In this document: in pieces, positions 52,027-64,000 of the stretch
Position numbering within the stretch: position 1 is the first letter of the stretch
How the letters are laid out: each line of letters begins with the position of its first letter
Source: Alphaproteobacteria bacterium
GTDB taxonomy: Bacteria > Pseudomonadota > Alphaproteobacteria > Bin95
Reading direction: 5' to 3'
NCBI GenBank assembly: GCA_022827685.1
Contig: JAJEIH010000047.1
Coordinates: forward strand, 16,536 to 80,535
DNA: 64,000 nucleotides
Notes under the pieces: generated by a model
Databases searched by the model: none
Told to the model about the DNA's origin: nothing
What the model saw: the letters and a program-made list of their open reading frames with translations, nothing else
Position numbers and translations under genes: made by a program

Positions 52027-52283
52027 TGGATTACTGGCTCGTTTGCACCGGGCAGCGGTCGGAAACCCTTGACGACGGAAGTCGGGAATACATAATTTCC
52101 GCTGTCCGGGGCATGTTCCAACCGCCAAGGGGATAAGCGGGCGGGCAGCCTGTGTCAAGGCATGCACCAGCAGGAGAAAATTTCTATTTCAACACGTTAC
52201 GCCGTGTATGCGGCGTTTTGTCGTGAACCTGTCAGAACTCGCGGCGGGGCACTCGTCGCGACCTGGAAGAGCGGGAGACTTCC

Positions 52284-52739
52284 ATGCGGGCGCAACTGAA
52301 CGAGGCATTGAAGGAATCCTTGCGGGCCAAGGATGTCATGACCTTGCGAACGGTCAGGCTGATTCTGGCCGCGATCAAGGACCGTGACATCGCGGCGCGC
52401 GGACAGGGCAATGCCGACGGCATCGGCGATGCCGAAATCCGGGAACTGCTGCAAAAGATGGTCCGTCAACGGGAGGAGTCGTCCCGTTACTACGAAGAGG
52501 CCGGCCGGCTCGACTCCGTCGATGAAGAAAGACGCGAAATCGCCGTCATCCAGAGATTCCTGCCGGCCAGGCTCGATCCGGATGCGCAGATTGCCGCGGT
52601 GAACGCCGTGGTCGGCGATCTCGGCGCTTCGGGCATGCGCGACATGGGGCGCGTCATGGCCGAACTCAAGCGGCGCTATGCAGGCCAGATGGACTTCGGC
52701 GAGATCAGCCGGACGGTCAAGGCCGCGCTGGCGGCCTGA
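52284..52739 (+). CDS. GatB/YqeY domain protein
   Basis: 151 aa with LRTVRLILAAIKDRDI, typical of YqeY. It precedes dnaG-rpoD. Confidence 0.8.
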   Translation: MRAQLNEALKESLRAKDVMTLRTVRLILAAIKDRDIAARGQGNADGIGDAEIRELLQKMVRQREESSRYYEEAGRLDSVDEERREIAVIQRFLPARLDPDAQIAAVNAVVGDLGASGMRDMGRVMAELKRRYAGQMDFGEISRTVKAALAA

Positions 52740-52759
52740 CGGCGGGCCCGGCACACCGG

Positions 52760-54565
52760 ATGGCGTTCCCGCCCGAGTTTCTGGAACAGCTTCGCGAACG
52801 CGTTTCCTTGGTCGATGTCGTCTCGCACCATGTGAAATTGCAGCGGCGCGGGCGGGAGTTTGTCGGTCTCTCGCCCTTCAAGCAGGAGCGCACGCCGTCC
52901 TTCACCGTCGTGCCCGACAAGGGCTTCTTCCACTGTTTCTCCAGCGGTGAACACGGCGATGTCATCGGCTTCCTGATGCGCATGGAGGGACTCTCCTTCC
53001 CCGAGGCGGTGGAGAAGCTCGCCCAGGCGGCGGGGCTGGAGGTGCCGCGCGACAGCCCCGAAGCGGCGGCCCAGGCCCGCCGGCGGCGGGGCCTTCTCGA
53101 GGCCGTCGAGGCCGCGGCGGCCTTTTATGAGCGCCAGTTGCGCCTGCCGGCGGGCCGGCGGGCGATGGACTATCTGCGCGGCCGCGGGCTCGACGACAAC
53201 ACGATCACCGGCTTCCGGATCGGCTATGCGCCCGGCGACTCGGCGGCGCTCATGCAGGCGCTGAAGCGCGGTGGTTTCGAGGCGGAGACCCTCGTCGAGG
53301 CCGGGCTCTTCCGCCAGCGCGAGCATGAGGAAGAGCCGGGCGCCTCGCTCCGCAACCGGGTCGTGTTCCCCATCACCGACCGGCGGGGACGCCCGATCGC
53401 TTTCGGCGGTCGCACACTCGGCGATGCGCAGCCGAAATACCTCAACACACCCGAAACCCCGGTCTTCCGGAAAGGGGAGGTGCTCTACGGCCTCGCCCAG
53501 GCGCGCGACGCGGCCTGGCGCGCGAAGGAGGTAATCGTCGTCGAGGGCTATATGGACGCCATCGCTCTTTCCCAGGCGGGTTTCGCGCATACCGTGGCAT
53601 CGCTCGGCACGGCCTTCGGGGAAAACCAGCTCAGGGCGCTCTGGCGGCTCGTCGATGAGCCGGTGCTCTGCTTCGACGGCGACGAGGCGGGCCAGCGCGC
53701 GGCCCGGCGCGCCGCCGAACGCGCGCTGCCGCTGCTTGCCCCCGGCAAGTCGCTGCGCTTCGCCCGCCTGCCGGACGAGCGCGACCCGGACGACCTCGTC
53801 CGCCAGGACGGCGCGGCGGCGCTGCGCGCGGTGGTGGAACGGGCGCAGTCGCCGGTGGACCTCCTGTGGTCGAGCGAGGCTGAGGCGGTGCGCCCGGATT
53901 CGCCCGACCGCCGCGCCCGGTTCAGCCGCAACCTGCTGGCGCTCGCCTCCGGGGTCCGGGACGAGACGGTGCGGCGCTATTACGAAGCCGAGATCCTTTC
54001 CCGCCTTCGGGAGCAGTTCGGGGTCAACCTCAGGCCGGAGACAGTTGCCCGGCGCCCCTCGCCGTTCCTGCCGGGAGGCGGACGGGAACGCGGCGAGGCG
54101 CAGGCCGCCAGATTGCGGGAACGGTGGGTGCGGGGCGTGCTGGCCGCCACGATCAATCATCCGGCACTGGCGTTGGAATTCGCGCAGGAACTTGCCGAAC
54201 TCGACTGTGACAGCGCTGCGCCGCTTGACAGGCTGCGTCATGAAATTTTAGGGCTAGCCGCTGGCGGGGAGGGAGTTGACCCGGCGGGTTGGCGGGCCCA
54301 TTTGGAAGAATCGGCCAGCCTGTCCAATACAGTTCGCGGCGTTCTCTGCGAGGCTGTGTACAGTCTTGCGCCTTTTGCCCGTCCGGCGGTTGCGGAAGCG
54401 GACGCGCGAAAGGGGGTGGAGCAGGTGTTCGCGGAGTATCGGCGCAAGGCGGCCGAGCGCGATCTGAAGGCGGCGGCGGAGTCCGCCGATGACAAGGAGT
54501 CGCTGGAGCGGATTACTGCACAGACGGAGGAAGTCCGCAGGTTGCGCACCGGAGACGCAATGTGA
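52760..54565 (+). CDS. dnaG: DNA primase
   Basis: 601 aa with an N-terminal zinc ribbon (CFSSGEHGDVIGF), TOPRIM (VVVEGYMDAIAL) and a helicase-interaction C-terminus. Confidence 0.9.
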   Translation: MAFPPEFLEQLRERVSLVDVVSHHVKLQRRGREFVGLSPFKQERTPSFTVVPDKGFFHCFSSGEHGDVIGFLMRMEGLSFPEAVEKLAQAAGLEVPRDSPEAAAQARRRRGLLEAVEAAAAFYERQLRLPAGRRAMDYLRGRGLDDNTITGFRIGYAPGDSAALMQALKRGGFEAETLVEAGLFRQREHEEEPGASLRNRVVFPITDRRGRPIAFGGRTLGDAQPKYLNTPETPVFRKGEVLYGLAQARDAAWRAKEVIVVEGYMDAIALSQAGFAHTVASLGTAFGENQLRALWRLVDEPVLCFDGDEAGQRAARRAAERALPLLAPGKSLRFARLPDERDPDDLVRQDGAAALRAVVERAQSPVDLLWSSEAEAVRPDSPDRRARFSRNLLALASGVRDETVRRYYEAEILSRLREQFGVNLRPETVARRPSPFLPGGGRERGEAQAARLRERWVRGVLAATINHPALALEFAQELAELDCDSAAPLDRLRHEILGLAAGGEGVDPAGWRAHLEESASLSNTVRGVLCEAVYSLAPFARPAVAEADARKGVEQVFAEYRRKAAERDLKAAAESADDKESLERITAQTEEVRRLRTGDAM

Positions 54566-54594
54566 AGAAGCAATTACCGGGGACGGATTGAAGC

Positions 54595-56529
<1,935 letters not shown>

Positions 56530-56532
56530 CGG

Positions 56533-56562
56533 GACCCGCCCGGTGCCCCAGGGGCGCCGGGT
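56533..56562. terminator. Candidate bidirectional terminator hairpin between convergent rpoD and the acyl-CoA dehydrogenase
   Basis: The inverted repeat cccggtgcccc-agg-ggcgccggg lies between the two stop codons. The downstream U-tract is weak. Confidence 0.3.
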
Positions 56563-56588
56563 AGTTCACGCGGGGCGATGAGACCGCC

Positions 56589-57758
<1,170 letters not shown>

Positions 57759-57913
57759 GACGCCGCCCCTCTCCGCGCCTCGTCCCGGCCGCTGCTATAC
57801 CCATTCTCCCGGAGCGCGGCAACGCGGGCGCCGGGCCGCAGCTCTCGCCAAACCCGCCCCGGCGGTGCTAAACAGCCGTCCGCATCCGGTCTGTCCGCCA
57901 GAGTCCCTGTCCC

Positions 57914-58417
57914 ATGCTCCTTCGAAGCCTGCTCCTGTTTTTTCTCGCCGCCGCCGCGTTGCCAGCCGCCGCCCAGGTGGTCCAGGGCGAGAAGTCCGGG
58001 GACTGGACGAAAGGCTGCCTCAAGCCGCGCGGGGACAGGCCGAACGCCCCGGAGCAATGCTTCATCTTCCAGCGCCTCTTCCCGCCGGGCTCCGAGCAGG
58101 CGGCGGCCACGGTCGCAGTCGGCCGGCCGGGGGCCGGCAAACCGTTGCTGGCGTCGCTGACGGTGCCGCTCGGGGTCAACCTGCCTCAGGGAATCACGGT
58201 CTGGGTCGAGGGCAACGAAAAGGCCGTTCGGCGCCCGCCGCTGTTGTTCTGCGTCAATGCCGGCTGCGAGGCGAACATGCGGATGGACGACGTGATGATG
58301 ACGGCGTTCAAGCAGCATCTGAACGCCGCGCTGTCCTTCGCCATGGTGGACGGCCGGCAGGTGACCCTTCCGATCTCGCTGCGCGGCTTCACGCACGCGC
58401 TCACCTTCCTCGAGTGA
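57914..58417 (+). CDS. Invasion-associated locus B (IalB) family protein
   Basis: 167 aa with a signal peptide and the conserved W/C positions typical of the IalB family. Confidence 0.7.
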   Translation: MLLRSLLLFFLAAAALPAAAQVVQGEKSGDWTKGCLKPRGDRPNAPEQCFIFQRLFPPGSEQAAATVAVGRPGAGKPLLASLTVPLGVNLPQGITVWVEGNEKAVRRPPLLFCVNAGCEANMRMDDVMMTAFKQHLNAALSFAMVDGRQVTLPISLRGFTHALTFLE

Positions 58418-59562
58418 AGCCCGCCGGCATTCTGCCGTCGCAGTTCCTGCGGGAGGCTGCAAGGACCGGCGTGATTTCCGCTTGCCGGCCTATTGAGAAA
58501 GACCAGATACAGCCGGCTAGCCTCGACCTGCGGCTTGGTCGCCGCGCATGGCGGGTCCGGGCCAGTTTCCTGCCAGCGCCCGGTGGCACAGTCATGGAGC
58601 GCATCGAACGCCATGCCATGTACGAGATCGACCTGGCCGGGAGCGCGGTATTGGAGCGCGGCTGCGTCTATATTGCAGAACTGATGGAGCAGGTCGCCTT
58701 GGACGATGATACGGCGGCCGTCGCCAATCCGAAGAGTTCGACCGGACGCCTCGATGTCTTCGCGCGCCTGATCGCCGACCGGGTGCCGGAATTCGACGGG
58801 CTGCCAGCCGGCTATGCGGGACGGCTCTATGTCGAGGTGGCACCGCGCACGTTCTCCATCCGGGTCCGCGAGAGCGCACGTCTTATTCAATTGCGGCTGC
58901 GGCGGGGAAGCCGGTCCGGTGACGACCCAGCGCTACATGACCTGCATGCCAGCGACCCGCTGGTAGACCGCGAGGCCATCATCGACGATGGGCTTGTGCT
59001 CACCGTGGACACGCAGGGAGCGGGCGGCATCATCGCTTGGAAGGCGCGTGCTCATGCGGGCTTGGTCGATGTCGATCTAATTCGCCATTACAATGCCGAA
59101 GAATATTGGGAACCGGTCGTTGCACAGCCCGACCGCGGGATTGTTCTGAACCCCGACGACTTCTACATTCTCGCTTCCAAGGAAGCTGTATCAATTCCAC
59201 CCAACTACGCTGCCGAAATGCGGCCTTACGATACCCGGGTGGGCGAGTTTCGGGTTCATTATGCCGGTTTCTTCGATCCGGGTTTCGGCCATGGCACAAG
59301 AAGCCGTGCAGTGCTTGAGGTTCGCGCCCATGACGTGCCTTTTGTCGTGGAGGATGGACAGCCGGTAGGGCGGCTAATCTACGAACCTATGGTTAGGGCG
59401 CCGGACAAACTTTATGGCGACAGCATTGGTTCCAATTACTCGGGCAGCGAGGTGCCGGGACAGATTGCGTTCTCGCTCTATGGCGGCAGCATCGGATCCA
59501 CCTACCACGAGCAGGGCCTGCGCCTCGGCAAGCAGTTTCGCGAGCCGCGCGGCGGCGGATAG
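58414..59562 (+). CDS. 2'-deoxycytidine 5'-triphosphate deaminase (long-form DCD family)
   Basis: About 382 aa from the GTG at 58414 ([22 protein letters not shown]...), matching the N-terminus of the long dCTP deaminase family. Its start overlaps the ialB stop. Confidence 0.75.
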   Translation: MKPAGILPSQFLREAARTGVISACRPIEKDQIQPASLDLRLGRRAWRVRASFLPAPGGTVMERIERHAMYEIDLAGSAVLERGCVYIAELMEQVALDDDTAAVANPKSSTGRLDVFARLIADRVPEFDGLPAGYAGRLYVEVAPRTFSIRVRESARLIQLRLRRGSRSGDDPALHDLHASDPLVDREAIIDDGLVLTVDTQGAGGIIAWKARAHAGLVDVDLIRHYNAEEYWEPVVAQPDRGIVLNPDDFYILASKEAVSIPPNYAAEMRPYDTRVGEFRVHYAGFFDPGFGHGTRSRAVLEVRAHDVPFVVEDGQPVGRLIYEPMVRAPDKLYGDSIGSNYSGSEVPGQIAFSLYGGSIGSTYHEQGLRLGKQFREPRGGG

Positions 59563-59624
59563 GGTCTGGAAAAATCCGCCGGGCGGCGCGACTATCGGGC
59601 GGACCCGGAGACGAACGGAAGGCG

Positions 59625-61577
59625 ATGGCGATGAGCGAGCGGACGATTTTTCCGGTGACGGCCGGCGCGGCCGAAAGTGCGCATGTGGATGCGGCGGCCT
59701 ACGAGGCCATGTACCGCCGGTCGGTGGAGGACCCGGAAGGCTTCTGGGCGGAGCAGGCCGGGAGGCTCGACTGGATCACGCCGTTCACGAAGGTGAAGGA
59801 CGTTTCCTGGGCGAAGGACGACCTGCATATCCGATGGTTCGAGGACGGCACCCTCAACGCCTCCGCCAATTGCCTGGACCGCCACCTCGCGAAGCGCGGG
59901 GAGCAGACGGCGATCATCTGGGAAGGCGACGACCCGGACCTGTCCGAGCACATCACTTATCGCGACCTGCATGAACGGGTGTGCAAATTCGCCAATGTGC
60001 TGAAGGCGCGGGGCGTGAAGCGGGGCGACAGGGTGACGATCTACCTGCCCATGATCCCGGAAATCGCCGTCGCGGTGCTCGCCTGCGCGCGCATCGGCGC
60101 GATCCACTCGGTCGTCTTCGGCGGCTTCTCGCCCGATGCCCTTGCCGGGCGCATAATCGATTGCGCCTCGACGCTGGTCGTCACGGCCGACGAGGGCCTG
60201 CGCGGCGGGCGTACGGTTCCGCTGAAGGCCAATACCGACGCTGCGCTCGCCTCCTGCCCGGACTGCACGACCTGCATCGTGGTGCGCCGCACAGGGGGCG
60301 AGATTGGCTGGGTGGACGGCCGCGACTGCTGGTACGAGGAAGAGATGGCGGGCGCGTCGGCAGACTGCCCGCCGGAGGAGATGGGCGCCGAGGACCCGCT
60401 CTTCATCCTGTACACCTCGGGCTCGACCGGGCAGCCGAAAGGCGTGCTGCACACTACCGGCGGCTATCTCACCTTCGCCTCGATGACGCACCAGCTCACC
60501 TTCGACTACCGCGATGGCGAGGTGTTCTGGTGCACCGCCGATGTCGGCTGGGTCACGGGCCACAGCTACATTCTCTACGGCCCGCTCGCCAACGGCGCGG
60601 TCACGCTGATGTTTGAGGGGGTGCCGAACTATCCGGACAGCTCGCGCTTCTGGCAGGTCTGCGACAAGCACAATGTCTCGATCTTCTACACCGCGCCCAC
60701 CGCCATCCGGGCGCTGATGCGCGAGGGCGACGGCCCGGTGAAGGCAACCTCGCGCAAGAGCCTGCGCATCCTCGGCACGGTCGGCGAGCCGATCAATCCG
60801 GAGGCGTGGCTCTGGTATTACGACGTGGTGGGCGACGGGCGCTGCCCGATCGTGGACACCTGGTGGCAGACGGAGACCGGCGGGCACCTGATTACGCCGC
60901 TGCCGGGCGCAACCGACCTCAAGCCGGGATCCGCCACCCGGCCGTTCTTCGGCGTCAGGCCGGCGCTGGTGGACAATGAGGGCGCGCTGCTGGAGGGCGC
61001 CGCCTCCGGCAACCTCGTCATCCTCGACAGCTGGCCGGGGCAGATGCGCACGGTCTATGGCGACCACCAGCGCTTCATCGACACCTATTTCTCCACCTAT
61101 GAGGGCATGTATTTCACCGGCGACGGCGCGGTCCGGGACGAGGACGGCTATTTCTGGATCACCGGGCGGGTGGACGACGTCATCAATGTTTCCGGCCACC
61201 GCATGGGCACGGCGGAGGTGGAGAGCGCGCTGGTGGCGCACGAAAAGGTGGCCGAGGCCGCCGTGGTGGGCTACCCGCACGACATCAAGGGCCAGGGCAT
61301 CTACGCCTATGTGACGCTCAATCTCGGCGAGGAGCCGTCCGACGACCTGGGTGCCGAGCTGGTGCGCTGGGTGCGCTCGGAGATCGGCCCGATCGCCACG
61401 CCGGACCTCATCCAGTGGGCGCCGGGCCTGCCCAAGACGCGCTCCGGCAAGATCATGCGCCGCATCCTGCGCAAGATCGCCGAGGACGATTTCGGCAATC
61501 TGGGCGACACTTCGACGCTCGCCGAGCCGGCCGTGGTGGACGACCTGATCGAGAACCGGCGCAACCGCCGCGCCTGA
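59625..61577 (+). CDS. acs: Acetyl-coenzyme A synthetase
   Basis: 650 aa with the AMP-binding motif ([11 protein letters not shown]), the conserved acetyl-CoA synthetase core (WWQTETGG) and the C-terminal lysine region ([11 protein letters not shown]). Confidence 0.9.
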   Translation: MAMSERTIFPVTAGAAESAHVDAAAYEAMYRRSVEDPEGFWAEQAGRLDWITPFTKVKDVSWAKDDLHIRWFEDGTLNASANCLDRHLAKRGEQTAIIWEGDDPDLSEHITYRDLHERVCKFANVLKARGVKRGDRVTIYLPMIPEIAVAVLACARIGAIHSVVFGGFSPDALAGRIIDCASTLVVTADEGLRGGRTVPLKANTDAALASCPDCTTCIVVRRTGGEIGWVDGRDCWYEEEMAGASADCPPEEMGAEDPLFILYTSGSTGQPKGVLHTTGGYLTFASMTHQLTFDYRDGEVFWCTADVGWVTGHSYILYGPLANGAVTLMFEGVPNYPDSSRFWQVCDKHNVSIFYTAPTAIRALMREGDGPVKATSRKSLRILGTVGEPINPEAWLWYYDVVGDGRCPIVDTWWQTETGGHLITPLPGATDLKPGSATRPFFGVRPALVDNEGALLEGAASGNLVILDSWPGQMRTVYGDHQRFIDTYFSTYEGMYFTGDGAVRDEDGYFWITGRVDDVINVSGHRMGTAEVESALVAHEKVAEAAVVGYPHDIKGQGIYAYVTLNLGEEPSDDLGAELVRWVRSEIGPIATPDLIQWAPGLPKTRSGKIMRRILRKIAEDDFGNLGDTSTLAEPAVVDDLIENRRNRRA

Positions 61578-61595
61578 CAGACGGGGAGGCCGCCC

Positions 61596-62885
61596 GTGAT
61601 GTTCCGCGACCGCTACGGCCTTGCCCTCTCGACGGGATCGGCGGCGGCGCGCGACGCCTATGTAGAGGCGATGGACCTGTTCCTCGCCGCCGATGTGGGC
61701 GCCGAGCAGGGTTTTGCGCGCGCCGCCCTCGAAGACCCGTCCTTCGCGCTCGCACATGCCGGCCGGGCGCGGGCGCTGCAGATGCGGGGACGTGGGCGCG
61801 AGGCGGCCGCGGCAATGGCGGACGCGCGCAGTGCGGCCAACGGCTGTTCATCCAGGGAAGCCGGCCATCTGAATGCGCTCGGCCTCCTGATCGACAGCGA
61901 CGGGCCGGGCGCCTATGCCGCAATCCTCGCGCATCTCAGGGAATGGCCGCTGGACGCGATGATCGCCCAGCCCTGCTGCGGCGTGTTCGGGCTTATCGGT
62001 TTCAGCGGGCGGCCGGGGCGCGAGGCCGAGCAACTGGCCTTCACCGACCGGCTGGCGCCGCATTACGGCGATGACTGGTGGTTTCTCGCCCAGCATGGCT
62101 TCTCGCAGGTCGAGGCCGGCCAGATAACCGAAGCCGAACGCCTGCTGGAACAGGCACTGGCCGGCAATCCCCGCAATGCCAATGCCGCGCATATCCGCGC
62201 GCATGTCCACTACGAAGCCGGAGAGCGCGAGGAAGGACTCACACGGTTGGAAGCCTGGCGGCGGGACTACGACCGGGAGGCGCAGCTTTCCTGCCATATC
62301 GCCTGGCATGTGGCGATCTGGCGGGCCGCAGAGGGCGACATGGACGAGGCCTGGCGGGTTTTCGAGACCGATGTCGCGCCGGGCGGCGCCTGGGGGCCGC
62401 CGATCAATGTGCTGACCGACAGCGCCGCCTTCGTGCTGCGCGCGGAACTCGCGGGCGCGGCCGTGCCCGACGGCACCTGGGAGCGGCTCAGCGACTATGC
62501 CGGCGAGTTCTTCCCGAATCCCGGCACCGCCTTCGCCGACATTCATGCCGCACTGGCGCACGCCATGGCTGGACGCGGCGGCAAGCTCGCGCGCATTGCC
62601 GGGGCCGCCGCAGGCCCGGCAGGCGACATCGTGTCCGGACTGGCCGAGGCCCTTGGCGCCTATGCCCGGAGCGACTGGGAAGAGGCCGTAGCGCTGCTGG
62701 CACCCTGGATGGCCGGGCATGAACGCATCGGCGGCAGCCGGGCCCAGCGCGACCTGCTCGAATTCGCCTTGCTCGGCGCGCTGCTGCGCAGCGGCCGGAC
62801 CGAAGAGGCCCGCCGCCTCCTTGTCCTCCGCCGCCCCGTTCACGCCCCGGCCCCGCCGCTTGCCGCCCTGCGCGCGGCAGCGTGA
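61596..62885 (+). CDS. Tetratricopeptide-repeat protein (function unknown)
   Basis: 429 aa all-helical protein with TPR-like Ala/Leu-rich periodicity. GTG start. Confidence 0.65.
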   Translation: MMFRDRYGLALSTGSAAARDAYVEAMDLFLAADVGAEQGFARAALEDPSFALAHAGRARALQMRGRGREAAAAMADARSAANGCSSREAGHLNALGLLIDSDGPGAYAAILAHLREWPLDAMIAQPCCGVFGLIGFSGRPGREAEQLAFTDRLAPHYGDDWWFLAQHGFSQVEAGQITEAERLLEQALAGNPRNANAAHIRAHVHYEAGEREEGLTRLEAWRRDYDREAQLSCHIAWHVAIWRAAEGDMDEAWRVFETDVAPGGAWGPPINVLTDSAAFVLRAELAGAAVPDGTWERLSDYAGEFFPNPGTAFADIHAALAHAMAGRGGKLARIAGAAAGPAGDIVSGLAEALGAYARSDWEEAVALLAPWMAGHERIGGSRAQRDLLEFALLGALLRSGRTEEARRLLVLRRPVHAPAPPLAALRAAA

Positions 62886-63055
62886 AATTCAGGGGCTTCG
62901 CCTCCGGCCGGATCGGGTGGAAGAGGCGTAATTTCGGATAATCCTCTCTGCCGACGACGCCAGGAGCAAGGCGGGCGCTTGCATTTGCCAGCCGTCTTCC
63001 GATTTTATATATTGGAAGTTCAAATGTTTCTGGTGTGTCAATAATAGGTCAAGAC

Positions 63056-63943
63056 ATGATTGATATTGATACCAAGCTCTTTCGCTCTTTCCTCTGTGTC
63101 GCCGCAGAGCAGAGCTTCTCGACGGCTGCCCGACGGCTGGAATACTCCCAGGCGACCATGTCGCTGCACATACGCGCGCTGGAAGAAAAACTCGGCGCCC
63201 GTTTGCTTCACCGAAGCCCCCATAACGTGACCCTGACGGCCGAGGGACACCGGCTGCTGCCGGAAATCCGGGCGTTGGTGGACATGCACGACCGGATGGT
63301 CGGGCGTCTGCAGTCGGGACCCGTTTACGGCCAGGTCCGTCTCGGAGTCGAAGAAGCCTGCGCCGTCTCGCTTCTTCCCGGGCTTCTGAAATACGTGGTC
63401 GAGGAACACCCGTCGATGGATCTGGATGTCCGGTGCGAGCCAGGCGAGCGCCTCGGACACATGGTTGAGGCGCGCCTGCTGGACCTTGCTGTCGTCTCCC
63501 TGCCGCGCGAGGAGCCCTCGGCGCTGGTTCTGCAGCGCCCGCAACTGCACTGGGTCGCATCGCCCGATTTCCGGCTTGACAGCGAGGCACCCGTTCCGGT
63601 GGCCTGGGGCGAGAAGGACAGCCCCTTCCGGGCTGCAGGAATTGCCGAACTGAGTCGTCGCGGGATCGCCAGTCGGGAAATTTTCCGAAGTTCCGACGAG
63701 CAGGCCGTGAAGGTCGCCGTTGCAGCCGGAATAGCCGTCACCGTCATGGCCGAGGGAACCATTCCGGACACGTTCAAGGTGCTTCTCCCGCGCGCAACCC
63801 TTCCGCCGCTCGGAAAGGCCTTCATCCAGCTGCTGGAGAGACCGGGCCCGCACTCCGAAGCGACCGAATTGGTCAAACGGAAGATCATCGACACCTATCG
63901 GGAGCTGGACAGGCGGACTCCCCCGATGGCGGATGCGGTGTGA
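63056..63943 (+). CDS. LysR-family transcriptional regulator
   Basis: The N-terminal HTH (LFRSFLCVAAEQSFSTAARRLEYSQATMSLHIRALEEKLGARLLHR) is followed by a LysR substrate-binding domain. GC is about 58% with an AT-rich upstream region. The start could be 63035 or 63056. Confidence 0.85.
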   Translation: MIDIDTKLFRSFLCVAAEQSFSTAARRLEYSQATMSLHIRALEEKLGARLLHRSPHNVTLTAEGHRLLPEIRALVDMHDRMVGRLQSGPVYGQVRLGVEEACAVSLLPGLLKYVVEEHPSMDLDVRCEPGERLGHMVEARLLDLAVVSLPREEPSALVLQRPQLHWVASPDFRLDSEAPVPVAWGEKDSPFRAAGIAELSRRGIASREIFRSSDEQAVKVAVAAGIAVTVMAEGTIPDTFKVLLPRATLPPLGKAFIQLLERPGPHSEATELVKRKIIDTYRELDRRTPPMADAV

Positions 63944-64000
63944 CGCCGCTGCCAGTGCAAGGCGCCGCTTGAGATTTCCCGGTTGAGCGGGCTGTTCCCG

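Noticed and set aside
62889-63590. 233-aa minus-strand ORF overlapping the LysR gene
   Set aside because: It is antisense to a clear LysR regulator and has no motif support.

Overview
This is a high-GC (about 65-68%) chromosomal segment with alphaproteobacterial gene content, densely coded on both strands. Core genes run left to right in this order:
- the tail of a suf Fe-S assembly operon (sufS partial, NifU/SufU-like, DUF59/SufT-like, SufA/IscA);
- BI-1/YccA, an ArsC/Spx-like protein, a hydrolase, a UvrD-type helicase, an enoyl-CoA hydratase, a second hydrolase and a 2-hydroxyacid dehydrogenase;
- a thioredoxin-TPR (CnoX-like) / LON-domain / Trm112 / DUF971 cluster;
- an epimerase, a flavin monooxygenase, a TPP enzyme, SCO1/SenC and a UbiH-family hydroxylase;
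- glnK-amtB;
- a BMP-family nucleoside ABC transporter plus guanine deaminase;
- a DUF4212 + sodium:solute symporter pair with YggT-like and rhodanese genes;
- a thiolase-RidA-SDR block;
- an orphan CoxL/XDH-family molybdoenzyme, greA, carB, carA, a GatB/YqeY protein, dnaG, rpoD, an acyl-CoA dehydrogenase, IalB, long-form dCTP deaminase, acs, a TPR protein and a LysR regulator.

Four accessory patches interrupt this core:
1. A lower-GC island at about 23.4-29.1 kb carries a single ORF fusing a GPP34/GOLPH3-like domain to a cytochrome P450. It sits next to a LolA-like protein and an MMPL/RND exporter.
2. A region at 43.5-44.8 kb is a patchwork of decayed 3'-terminal gene fragments (CoxL-like, greA, acyl-CoA dehydrogenase, SDR). 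Intact versions of three of these genes lie elsewhere in the same window. The patch also holds a low-GC gene for a tandem Myb/SANT-like HTH repeat protein.
3. Two diverged Uma2 (DUF820) nuclease paralogs, a truncated IS630 transposase and a truncated NucS-like nuclease are scattered through the window.
4. Two copies of a REP/RIME-like intergenic mosaic element flank an AT-rich island at about 10.06-10.13 kb. That island holds a near-consensus sigma70 promoter with an UP-like tract, feeding a GC-rich structured leader and a small SD-preceded ORF with a frame disruption.

I saw no rRNA, tRNA or CRISPR. Start coordinates worked out by hand may be off by one.
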